From positions 1 to 54,524 of the forward strand of contig JBNGIO010006162.1 in assembly GCA_049999805.1 (NCBI GenBank): a DNA stretch of 54,524 nt, written 5' to 3'. The translations under genes were made by a program, and so were the position numbers. The notes below the pieces were generated by a model. It had not been told where the DNA came from, ran no database searches, and saw nothing but the letters and a program-made list of their open reading frames with translations. The stretch is from Folioceros fuciformis. Taxonomy: Eukaryota. Shown one piece after another: positions 1-11,088 of the stretch (position 1 is the stretch's first letter; every line of letters begins with the position of its first letter).

Positions 1-123
1 TACCTATGGAATACCTATTCGGACAAGGGCTACACATTGATGTTTTTTTCAACCCTATTGCATCATCCATCTACCTACGGAATACCTATTCAGACAGGGG
101 CTACACACTGATATTTTTTTCAA
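1..123. repeat. Two ~71-bp tandem copies of an AT-rich dispersed repeat
   Basis: TACCTAYGGAATACCTATTCRGACARGGGCTACACAYTGAT at 1 and 72; related text TATGGAATACCAATACAGAC near 29954. Confidence 0.6.
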
Positions 124-350
124 TCCAAATTTTCTATGGGAATATACTGTGGCATCTCAAGAATATTCTTGTACTAAATCCAACCACCACATCGAACCTA
201 CCTGTACACCGTATAGGGATTTTTTTTCTCTCAATGTAACTGGCATGTGGACCGAAAGAGACATATCCTTTGTTCTTTATTTCAGTTCATACACAAAGTG
301 TTCTAAAATTCGTTTCGTCCCGATTGATGTAGTATTTTAAGATTCGTCCC

Positions 351-450
351 GATTGACACCGTAGTGAGGGCTCCCAATTGACACAGCGGTTTGGGCTCCT
401 GATTGACACAGCGGTTTGGGCTCCCGATTGACATAGCCATGAGGGCTCGC
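351..450. repeat. 25-bp minisatellite, 4 copies
   Basis: GATTGACACAGCGGTTTGGGCTCCY-like units start at 351, 376, 401 and 426. Confidence 0.85.
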
Positions 451-2419
451 TTACTATTTCGGGTTTAGGTCTAGTCCAGGACGTGCACACCGACACACAT
501 ACAACAGCAACACTTCTGTGCAAATGATAGCTTACGAATTGCAGGGTCAAGAAGCCACAGCTACTCTTACACAATTCACAAAAAGCATGAAGTTCATTAT
601 GCTGGACCAGACATGCAACAAGACAACCTATAGCAACCTAAAACACCTTCCACAAAACATCTACAGACTAGGGTCGCTGTTGCTACAAGATCAGCCTACC
701 AAGAGCAGATACTGGAAATACTGCAGGAATTCACCATCTCTGCAGCACCAACGCCAGTGCCTCTAAGGGGCCTACACCTCGAGACCCTGCACGCCACATG
801 CATCCCTAAACCTTGCGATCCCTACCACGAAAGGCAGCCTCCACATCTACTGCACAATCACGTATGTTTGCTCTCAGCTTGCGCAAATTACTTTCCAGTG
901 ACTCCACCAACCCAAGGCTATTGTGCAAAGCATGCATTGCGTCCGCTACCGCTGTTGCGCGTTGCCTTGGTCTGCCGTGGGTAGCACCTCGCCGTGGACG
1001 CACAAGCGTGTCCTCCTCCTCCTCTCCAAAGGAGCACACCTCACGGTAGGAGAGCTCGTGCCGCCGCTTCCGCACCCTCCTCGTTGGCGAGATGCTGGAC
1101 CAGGAACTTCGATCCGCATCACCAACCGGCTAGCCGTCCTGCCCTGCACCATTGCCTGGAGTCCCCTGGGGACCTCCTTCGCCAATTGCAATGTGTCTCG
1201 CAATACTCGCCTCGACCGCATCCATCTCTATCTGCAAAACACGGCGTTCTTCCCTTCCACAGCTAGGTCTGTCGAGCTTCCTGCTCGATTGCTGCTTGCA
1301 AATAACATTAAGGTACCTCCACCGTTGGGTAGGGATAAAATAAGGGCACAAAATAGAAATCCCGATCAGGACACCTACTTTGTGCTCTACGACCTAAGCA
1401 GACACATCTGTTATGTCCAAAATGTTTGGACAGTATACCACCCTAAAGTTTGTGTGAAAGAGCCTGTGATCTTATCGGTATTCCATATCTAGCCATCTAA
1501 CTGGTTGTTCAAAGTGCACTAAACAAAGCATTGGAGATCCAGAGTCCAATGTATCCCTCCCTTGTACTCGGCAACCATATGCTATCCTGAGAAGTGAAAA
1601 TGCAAAGAAGAACAAGGCTTATCATGTGTTTAATGCTAGCTCTCCATGGGGCAGCTGCACATGCAAGATTTCATCTACAAGGTTTCTTTGTAAGCATCAA
1701 GTGAAGGTTATGATGCTCTTCCAGAAAGTAGTGCCCACAGAAACCCTTGTGGGTATATATGCATCAGTGGCTACTTCACAAGAATCATACAAACAAGCAC
1801 CTCTATTATCTGCTAGGGAAGCTGAACTTTGTGGTAGTGTTCGAAACGAGTTCACAACTGTGCATCGTCCTTTGTTACAAGCTATGGATGCTGGAAAAAA
1901 CGTGATTACCAGAGCTCTTGTCCCCCTCCAAATGAACTTAGCAACTTTGTGGGAAAACATATCAAGTTTAGTGTAGAGGAAACCTGGAACTGAGGCCCAT
2001 GCATTTGCACTAATACAAGGTGTGTTCCGACAGTTAGAGGGTGTGGCTGCAAAAGCTGAGGAGAATAGTCTAATGTAGATTCCATACCTCTTGCCTTAGG
2101 CGAAGCGTCCGACAATAGCTTGAAGAGGNNNNNNNNNNNNNNNNNNNNNNNNNNNNNNNNNNNNNNNNNNNNNNNNNNNNNNNNNNNNNNNNNNNNNNNN
2201 NNNNNNNNNNNNNNNNNNNNNNNNNNNNCAAGGCAAAGGGCCCTACATTTGCTGAACAAGCTAAAGGGAAGGCTGCCTGTAGTGAATCAATTAAGTAGAA
2301 ATGCCAATCCTTGCCAATTGTGCAAAGGTTGGCCACGTTTTTTGTCTTTGCTCAGTCGCTTGCAAACGCCATTGTTGGAATCCATCTTACAACCAGAACT
2401 CCGTTGTTTGGGGTCCAAA

Positions 2420-3060
2420 ACACAATATAGACATATCATTCTGTAATCTCTGCATAGACCTTCAATTGAAGATACTGGGCACAGAATTACATGAATTGTG
2501 CATGCAAAAATCAGCAAAAACCTCCTGCATTCTTGTTCTTGTGCATCCGTTTTTCGATGATATCGCAAGCATTTGGATGCCAAACTCAAGTATAGACATG
2601 TCATTCTATAGCCCGTGCAGAGGGCTTCGATTCAAGATATTGGCCAGGGCATTTTGCAAATAGTGCATGAAGCGATATGGTAAAAACTTTTTGCCGCAAT
2701 CTTGTTGGTATGCATCCGTTTTTCAATGATACGGCAAGCATTTGGATGCCAAACCAAAGTACCGACATATCATTCTATACCCCGTGCACAAGGCTTTGAT
2801 TCAAGATATTGGCGAGGGCATTCTGCAAATAGTGCATGAAGCAAACTGGTAAAAAAATTCTGCTGCAATCTTGTTGTTATGCATCCGTTTTTCAATGATA
2901 CCGCAAGCATTTGGATGCCAAACCAAAGTACAGGCATATCATTCTGTAGCCCATGCAGAGGGCTTTGATTCCAGATATTGGCCAGATCATTCTGCAAATA
3001 GTGCATGAAGCGATCTGGAAGAAATGTTCTGCTACAATCTTGTTGTTATGCATCCGTTTC
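2420..3060. repeat. ~169-bp tandem repeat, 3 copies plus a degenerate partial copy; Cys-rich on the minus strand
   Basis: TGCATCCGTTTTTC..TGATA..GCAAGCATTTGGATGCCAAAC recurs at ~2542, 2711 and 2880, with a partial copy at 3049. Minus-strand ORFs give ASCTICRM...ALCxGYRMICLYxGLASKCLRYH. Confidence 0.85.
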
Positions 3061-4448
3061 CACCCATTGTTGGGGAGTTTGATGGCCATTTCCGGCGAGA
3101 CAAACCCTGAAAGATTTGCCTTCAAATGAGCTGTGAAACTAGACACCAAACATCAGCCAAGAATTTGACGAGAGCAATCTTTCTCCCCAAAGGGTTAAGG
3201 CTGCGTGAAAATGTGGGAAGGCTACGTGAATGCACAACCATACACTACCATTGTGTAGACGTTGCATATTGGAGCACACTGCCATTGTGCACGAAACCTA
3301 CTTTCTATCTCAATCCTTGGGCCCCTTGAGTTCTCAATCCTTGGGCCCCTTGAGTTCGTCGGCTAGAGGCGTGCGCAAGCTGTCACACCCAAGCATTGAA
3401 ATGGATAGTAAGGGTCTTTGATGTTTCAAAACAAAATTAACCCCCTTGGCGTAAGTGTACCCTAGCACAACTTAGGGACGAAGTTTGGCAGACAAGCTGT
3501 TACCGTGCAACTGCAACTTGTGCAGGAATGGTGTGGACATGCGTAGTGGGTGCGAGTGGGCATGACCCCATGACATATGGGATGCCAAAGGCAAAACCAT
3601 TTGCGCCGGCCTCGAGTTATGTGCCTCATTACTTTGTGTGTACCAATAGCTCCTTTGTAAAGGAAAGGGGGGATAATTAAAAAAAAAAAACACTTAAATT
3701 AGAGCTATTTTATTAAAGTTCAATGAGAACATACCCAATCAACCCTATTGCATCACCCATCTACCCATCCTAACATACCCATCCTCTTTCTATTGATAAA
3801 AACATCCATTATTTATAAATATTAATATATTATAACATAACTGCTTATTAAAAAGTAAAATGTGACAAGATCTAATCATTACTCCTAAAACAAAGATGTC
3901 AGACCAACCATCCCCCAATTTTGGGAACGGATTCTCATAGGGGGTAGCTTCCGTGCTTCTCGGGCTGTTTGGTGGTTGTTGTGGGTGTTTTTTTGAACTT
4001 TTTTTCAATCTATAAAAGTATTATTTAATTTTTTTTTTTATGTGAGAATGTGACGAACATACGTAGGAAGCGACGTAGAGCAGGTGCCGAGCTGCATGGC
4101 ATGGGCTTCTCTCCTTTGCCAATTGCAATGCAGACATTTCGGGCTCCGGCCCTGAGGATTCGCAGCAGCTCCGTTTTCACCCGGACAAAGGGAACCTGAA
4201 AATGTGTGAACAGTTGCTGAAACCCTAGGATTTGGTTGAGAAGGGACCGTGAAATCTTAACCAGAATTAGCCGGCCCTTAGGGAGGCGCTGGAGCTCCCA
4301 GAGGTAGCAGAGGCGAGCAGCAGCGGTGATGGCAGCAGCTTGCTAGCCTAGAGCTTTGGCGATCGGAGCTTGCTTGTTTGCAGCACTGACGCGGCGCCCG
4401 GACGGGTCGGTTGAGCGCATTTGTCGTTTCCTTATCGACTCTGTCGGA

Positions 4449-6750
4449 ATGGGGGCTTCGGTGAGCTATGCCGCGGCCCCTCCTCCTCCTCCTCCTCCCT
4501 GCGTCCCGCCCGCTTCCCCGCCGCATGCAGCTCCCCCGCCGCCAGGTCCTGGCCAGGAGCCAGGGAAGCCCGTGGGCCAGAAGACGGATTGGCTCAATCT
4601 TCCCGCTCCTGTCAAGTACGAGGAAATTCAGCGAGAGGCCTTGAGTAAGTGTGCATGCTGCTGCGTGTGACCGGAATGTGAATGGTGTGGGATCTGGATC
4701 CGGTATCTGGTGCTTGGCTGCATGGTAATTGGTGCGGTTGTTGAGGATGGAATGATTTGTTTTTGAGGCTTTGCGTCTTTCCTTGGTGCTGCAGTGACGC
4801 TGAAGCCGGAGCTGTTCGAAGGACTGCGATTCGACTTCACGAAGCCTCTAAATCAGAAGTTTTCCCTGAGTCATAGGTATTATTCTATGCTTTCCTGAAT
4901 GCAGGTTCGTTCTTTAGGAGAAGAGTTGTGTGTGGAAGTGTTGGCGGGAAATGATTTGTCGGAGGAAGTTTGTGTCAAGGGTTTAGGGTTTATCGAAGGT
5001 TTTTGGATTTTGACAACTTTCGGGCGTAAGTCTGGTGGCTGAAAAGTGTTATGATTGCTTGTTTCAGTGTGTTCATGGGGTCAGTGGAGGTGCCTTCACA
5101 GTCTCCTCAGACCATCAAGGTTTCTGCTGCTCACTATGAATTCGGGGCTAATTTGATTGATACAAGGGTAAGACGATATGGTCACTTGGGTTTTCCTTTT
5201 CCCTTGAGGCTTTGCTTGGCTTTGCTTAACGTTAAAGCTGCTTCTGCAGATGATGCTCATCGGAAGAATCCTGACGGATGGGCGAATGAGTGCCAGGGTG
5301 AAGTATGATCTCACAGATAGCCTGTCAATGAAGATCAATGCGCAGGTACCACCCCTAGCTGCCTTGTTGTGATGCTGGACTGTGCTTTATGTGCGTGTAG
5401 GTAATGCGCAGATTTTGGGAACCTCGGCTGTAGCCTGGCGAAATGTACGATTTTGCTGTTCTCTTCACTGAGATGAGTGATTTTGTTGGTGAGGACCTGA
5501 TTTTGTAGGTACTGGCTGGACCGGACAATTTGTAGTACCCTTGTGTACATTCTTACAAAGTGTTGCAATCTGTGCAGCTCACGAATGAAGCCCATTTCTC
5601 TCAAGGCATGTTCCACTTTGATTACAAGGTACGGACAGACCCAGATTGGGGTGCAGCTTCGATGTGCTTTGTGACTGTACAGTGGGTGTGTGACGTGGCA
5701 CCTGAGAGAAGAATGCTGCTCCAATGGTGCATGCAGGGACGAGATTTCCAGTCCCAATTGCAGCTGGGAAATAATGCGTTTTATGGTTTCAACTACATTC
5801 AGGTAGACTCCATTTTCTGAGTTTATAGTCTGCCACCCGTATCCCTAGTACTTGACAAGTACTCACATTGCCGTTGGTGCATGCAGAGTGTGACTCCCAC
5901 TCTTGCCCTTGGAGGTGAAACTTTCTGGCTCGGTCATCAGAGGAAATCTGGCGTGGGATTTGCTGGACGCTACAGTACCGACAAAGTGGTGGGGATCTTG
6001 CCACTCCGACGTTTTGATTTTTGTGGTTTCTGTTGAGCTCTTCGATCGCTCTCGCAGTTTTCCTTGTTTGGAAAGCGGGTAGGCTTTGAGAATTGCTTTG
6101 CACTCACACGGTTTGAGGTGGCAGATCGCAACTGCACAGATTGCTAGTACGGGAATGGTGTCTCTAACTTACGTCCAAAGAGTCTCAGATAAGGTAAAGT
6201 GTGGTCATTTTGTGGTGTTCTGGTGAAGAAGAGCTTATCATGCTTAGTGGATTCCCATGTGGCCTTTGTACACTGGTTAACCTTTGATTGCGCTTGCAGG
6301 TTTCCTTAGCGTCGGATTTCAATTACAACTGGACCTCAAGAGAGGCATCCACCAGTGTCGGATACGACTATTTGCTCCGCCAGGTACGTAACCTTGGTGA
6401 ATGACTGTGGTTCCCACAGCAATGGTTTCTTCACAGCCAGCAATTCAACTAGTTCCTCCAACAGTGATATTTAGCCACAGCCTAAATGTGCGGTGATCAC
6501 TGAGCAGTGTCGCTTAAGAGGGCGGCTGGATACAAATGGCTGCGTGGCAGCGTATCTAGAGGAGAGACTGAACGTTGGAGTGAACTTGCTACTATCTGCT
6601 GAGGTGGGCTCTCCAAGCCTGGAGTAGGGCTTGCCAATCGAATTTCAGCAACTTCTTGGTCGGTTCAAAGCTGACAAGTGGTTCTCGTGGCAGATCGACC
6701 ACTGGAAGAAAGACTACAAGTTTGGATTTGGCATGACAGTAGGGGAGTGA
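4449..6750 (+). CDS. TOM40: Mitochondrial outer-membrane import channel TOM40, 11 exons, 332 aa
   Basis: GT-AG exons 4449-4644, 4795-4876, 5068-5167, 5250-5345, 5578-5628, 5737-5802, 5887-5988, 6125-6193, 6300-6383, 6508-6603, 6694-6750 (999 nt). Motifs [40 protein letters not shown] and the C-terminal [17 protein letters not shown] match plant TOM40. Confidence 0.95.
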
Positions 6751-7804
6751 CTCAAACAACCTTCCAACGGCTTCTTCACAGATTCTGAGTTTGCACAGTC
6801 CATTGCGGTTCAGTCAGCAATCACAAGCATTGAGCTTGTTCACAAGTATCCGGGAGAGCCCGTTTCCGATGGAGGTTTCAGCAGTGGGCCTGTCCAATTT
6901 TTCGCTATTCTTCACCAGCTTGAACAGGCTCTTCTCTCGTCGACTTCACTGACCCAGGGAAAAAAATATCTGGCAGTGAAGAGGTGCGATTCCCGCCGGC
7001 ATTTTTACTCCTGATGGTTCACTTCATCCTTCTGCCATGATTTGTCTCCTGTGCGGCCATTCTCCTGCACATGAGTGTGTGTGAGGTGGAGGCTGCAGCA
7101 GAGAGTTTGAGATGGCCCCCTCCGCCTCCCATGCCTGGGCCAAATGGACATATCCATAAAGGAGAGAGGTGTTCTGAGTCTCACTCAGCCGTTCTTTCTC
7201 CTTTTTTTTGTTATTTTATTAGTGGCTGGAGTCCAGCCAGCTACGGAACTGTCCCGTGTCCAATGAGGTGGTGTCCTTACTTCCTCACTTTCCTCGCTCT
7301 CCTGTTTGTATGTCTGAAAAGATCCCTCATAGCGTGGCTGGATCCAGCTGTCTGAATGCAGGAGAACAATACAACATGCCTGGCGACGCGGTCTCCGTGT
7401 GCTGTGCTGCCTGACATGATCTGAAGACTGTGTACATGAGAACATCATGTGAGCAATATTCTCGTTCTGGGCACGCCGGAAGAATGTCCAAGACGTTTCC
7501 TGCCGTGTTAACTTTCTCGTGGCACGCCGGAAGAAAGCTCAAAGCATTTCCTGCTGTGTTAACTCCTCTTCACTGGGATTCCTGGTCACTTCGTGCATCC
7601 GGCTGTTAAGTTACGACCGACTTGAGACTGTTAAGTTACGCGGCACGAGGAAGGTGAAGACCAGAGGCATGCAAACCTCAAGATAGAGTGAACGTGGGAG
7701 GGAGTTGGAGCTTGAGGAGCGCCAGTGGCGGCTGTGGCTGCCTTTGCTGCTTTTCAAACCTCCACTGCCCTCCTCCCGTGTGCAATTTGCAACTCCCGCC
7801 CGCG

Positions 7805-7873
7805 TCCTTGAGCTTCATCGCATCGGATCCTTGAGCTTCATCGCATCGGATCCTTGAGCTTCATCGCATCGGA
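7805..7873. repeat. Three perfect 23-bp tandem copies just upstream of the aspartate kinase start
   Basis: TCCTTGAGCTTCATCGCATCGGA at 7805, 7828 and 7851. Confidence 0.9.
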
Positions 7874-7906
7874 TCACATCGCGTGTTTTCTGCTTCTGCA
7901 GTGGCC

Positions 7907-9661
7907 ATGGCGGCGGCAGCTGCGATTGCCCGCGGGGTGCAGGCTTTCGGCTGCGGAGCTAGCAGCAGGAATGTGGAAGGGATTGGCCTCAAGGGAAGAA
8001 GTCGTCTTGGCTCACTGCACGCGTTTGCGGGCCGGGAGGGGGAGCGGAGCGCGTTGTTTTCGACATGTCGGTGCGAGGTCTCAGTGCCAAGAGGAAGAAA
8101 TTGCGGTTCAGCGGTTGTGGCGCTCATCAAGACTGGCGCGGTAGCAGAGAGATTGGCCCGGGCGGTAGTGGAGGGATCGCACCAGGAACTTACCACTGTC
8201 ATGAAGTTTGGAGGATCGTCGGTAGCCTGTGCTGAGAGGATGCGAGAGGTTGCTAGTTTGATTCTGAGCTTCCCGGAGGAGAGGCCTGTGATAGTTCTGT
8301 CTGCAATGGGGAAGACGACGAACAAGCTGTTGGAAGCGGGACAGAAGGCGCTGGAGCACGGAGCGACGGGCTTCGCGGATGCGCTTCAAGACATCTCGCG
8401 GTTGCACAGGGAGACTTGCGAGAGTCTGAGAGTGGATGTGGCGGTTGTGAACCCGCTGCTCCACGAGTTGGAGCAGCATTTGACGGGGATCGCGTTGCTG
8501 GGAGAGCTTTCTCCCCGGACGAAGGACAAGCTGGTGTCGTTCGGTGAGAGGATGTCGACCAGGATCTTCGCTGCCTTCTTGAACAGGGAAGGTGTGAGTG
8601 CGAGGCAGTACGATGCGTACCAGATTGGATTTTTGACAACCGACGAGTTCACGAATGCTGATATTTTGGATGGGGCGTATCCTGAGGTGAAGGCCTGTTT
8701 GCGGGAGGATTGGGAGAAGTATCACGCTATCCCTATTGTGACAGGATTTCTTGGATACACTCCGGCTCCGGACACTCCTGAGAAAAAGGCTATCACGACG
8801 TTAGGGAGGGGAGGGAGTGATCTGACTGCTACTGCTATTGGAAAGGCATTAGGGCTGCAGGAGGTTCAGGTGTGGAAGGACGTGGACGGGGTGTTGACTT
8901 GTGATCCCCGGATTCACAGCAGTGCGGTGCCGGTGCCTCACCTGACCTTCGACGAGGCTTCGGAGCTTGCGTATTTCGGTGCTCAGGTGCTGCATCCTCA
9001 GTCCATGAGACCTGCCAGAGAGGCTAATATTCCGGTGAGGGTGAAGAACTCTTACAAGCCGGAGGCTCCTGGCACTCTGATCACCTGCAGCAGGGACATG
9101 AGCAATGCCTTGCTTACTAGTCTCGTGCTGAAGCGCAACGTGACGTTGCTGGACATTGTGAGTACGCGCATGCTCGGGCAGTACGGCTTTCTAGCCCGGG
9201 TTTTCACTGTGTTTGAGGAGCTGGGAATTTCTGTCGACGTGGTGGCCACCAGTGATGTCAGTATCTCTCTCACCCTTGATCCGACCAAGGTGTGGACATG
9301 CGACGATTCTGGTATCAGGGAACAGCTCCGCAGGGTGAGGCAGCAACTGGAGAAGATTGCAACTGTGAAGATTGAGCGGGACCGCTCCATCATCTCTCTC
9401 ATTGGGAATGTGGATCGCTCCTCCTTCATACTGGAGAAGACGTTTTGCGTCCTCAACGCATTGGATGTGAACGTCCAGATGATCTCACAGGGAGCGTCCA
9501 AAGTCAACATTTCTCTCATTGTGAAGAATGCCGAAGCTGAAGCGTGCATCAGGTCACTGCATCGCACGTTCTTCGAGCAGCCTCTCTCGACAGAAAAGAG
9601 GAATCTGGTTCAGTGTGGTGCAGAAGAAGCCTGCTGCGCTCAGGCTGACCTTCCTGCATAG
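7907..9661 (+). CDS. AK: Monofunctional (lysine-sensitive type) aspartate kinase with probable plastid transit peptide; intronless CDS
   Basis: VMKFGGSSV, VLSAMGKTTN, SFGERMS, TTLGRGGSD, WKDVDGVLTCDP, ELAYFGAQVLHP, and two ACT domains (MLGQYGFLA...VDVVATS; SIISLIGN...QMISQGASKVNIS). First ATG is at 7907; N-terminus is Ala/Ser/Arg-rich. Confidence 0.95.
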   Translation: MAAAAAIARGVQAFGCGASSRNVEGIGLKGRSRLGSLHAFAGREGERSALFSTCRCEVSVPRGRNCGSAVVALIKTGAVAERLARAVVEGSHQELTTVMKFGGSSVACAERMREVASLILSFPEERPVIVLSAMGKTTNKLLEAGQKALEHGATGFADALQDISRLHRETCESLRVDVAVVNPLLHELEQHLTGIALLGELSPRTKDKLVSFGERMSTRIFAAFLNREGVSARQYDAYQIGFLTTDEFTNADILDGAYPEVKACLREDWEKYHAIPIVTGFLGYTPAPDTPEKKAITTLGRGGSDLTATAIGKALGLQEVQVWKDVDGVLTCDPRIHSSAVPVPHLTFDEASELAYFGAQVLHPQSMRPAREANIPVRVKNSYKPEAPGTLITCSRDMSNALLTSLVLKRNVTLLDIVSTRMLGQYGFLARVFTVFEELGISVDVVATSDVSISLTLDPTKVWTCDDSGIREQLRRVRQQLEKIATVKIERDRSIISLIGNVDRSSFILEKTFCVLNALDVNVQMISQGASKVNISLIVKNAEAEACIRSLHRTFFEQPLSTEKRNLVQCGAEEACCAQADLPA

Positions 9662-11088
9662 CAGTTTGACAGGGATGTGTGTTGCTGAGGTAAGCCTGAC
9701 CGCCTCATTTTTGTCGTCGCGTCATGAAATCCTCATCCCTGGCAGAGGCCGGCTTGCGTCTCAGTGGTACTCCGATTGTGCCCGGATGTTTCGGAAGACA
9801 AAAGTGTTTGTCTGAGGGATCTGGGATGAAATGTCTGATAGACGACCGTGGAGGCGTTTGCTGGTATCATTTGATGATTTCCGGAGCATTTTGATACCTA
9901 CATTCACGCTGATAATCCTCTCCCTTTATCTTAGACCATTTTGATAACCTACGTCCATAGTGAGAACCCCGCTTTGAGCATCGACTATTTTGTTAGCAGA
10001 GATCTAGCTATGTATTTCAGTTTGAGATAGGTGCGCGACTTGCAGGATTAGACGAAAACTCCCACCAACCCGACTTTCTTACCGGGGCACCCCACCCCAT
10101 TCTATGTGGCCTTCCCGGCGGTAGCCGGTCGCCCCGGCTCCATACTACAACACATGCCCTGTGGGCCGTGAGTTCACGATTCCACATGCTCACCTTCTCA
10201 CAGCACACCGTGAATGTCGGCGGTCGAGGGACATGGTATGGTGTCTCCACGTTCAATTGTCTCATGTTACTTTGATGTCTTATACAAAGACGTGAGTCTC
10301 ATGGGTTTTGTCTTCATGTTCCTGTGCTTCAGAACAACAAGAACATTAACATCGTGAAAATCATCTTACAGTGTTGAAAAACCACCCCTGCCTTCATTCC
10401 CTCATCGTTGCTATGGGTGTGTATAACATACGTATGACATCCTTCTGGTCACAGAGGATCTTCGTCCCGTCCTTGGTATCCTTTTTGAGTATTAAGCGGT
10501 TCTGCATCGTGTCGCGAAGTTGTGAATGTAATCAAGCTGTTGCTTCCACTGTAAAAGGTAGGATCCTTGTTGAGTTGAAATTGGGAAGTATTACTCGCTG
10601 CCTGGGCAGTTCCTGATGGGAGTAGTTGCTGGAACTTGCAAGCAGTTTGAGCTCTTCTTCCCCCCGATATCTGAGGTGAGTAAGCCTTCGGGCCTGTGTG
10701 GAAATGATTTGCCTTCCTTCCTTCTTCGAATGCCTGCATCTGCAGGGCAAATAGTTGGTGTTGGCTCAGATCCCTTTAGTGTTGGGAACTCTGTGGCTGA
10801 GGGCCTCTGGATTGAGCACTGCTGGGATGGAGGAGAGAACCTTGGGAATGGTGGTGTTGTTGTGCCGAACTGTTGGAGTCTGCCGCCTTGTAATGCAAAC
10901 GCTTGATGATGTTCTGGGATAGGGTGTTGGAGAATGCTTGACAAAGTTCACTCGGTTGGTTGCGGGATGCTGGCGTTCAACAGTAGCCCAGTTGGTGCAT
11001 GGGAGCTGGGGACTGGGCTGGGCCTTGACGCAGTATGTCAACATCGATGGGATAGCCGCTGCTGTAGGAAGAGGTCTGATGGCCTGAC

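Noticed and set aside
518-2340. Assorted ORFs in the first 2.3 kb
   Set aside because: Short, overlapping, interrupted by stops and a gap, with no assignable family.
7861-9567. Long minus-strand ORFs (154, 205, 171 aa) over the aspartate kinase
   Set aside because: Shadow ORFs of a GC-rich CDS with no recognisable motifs.
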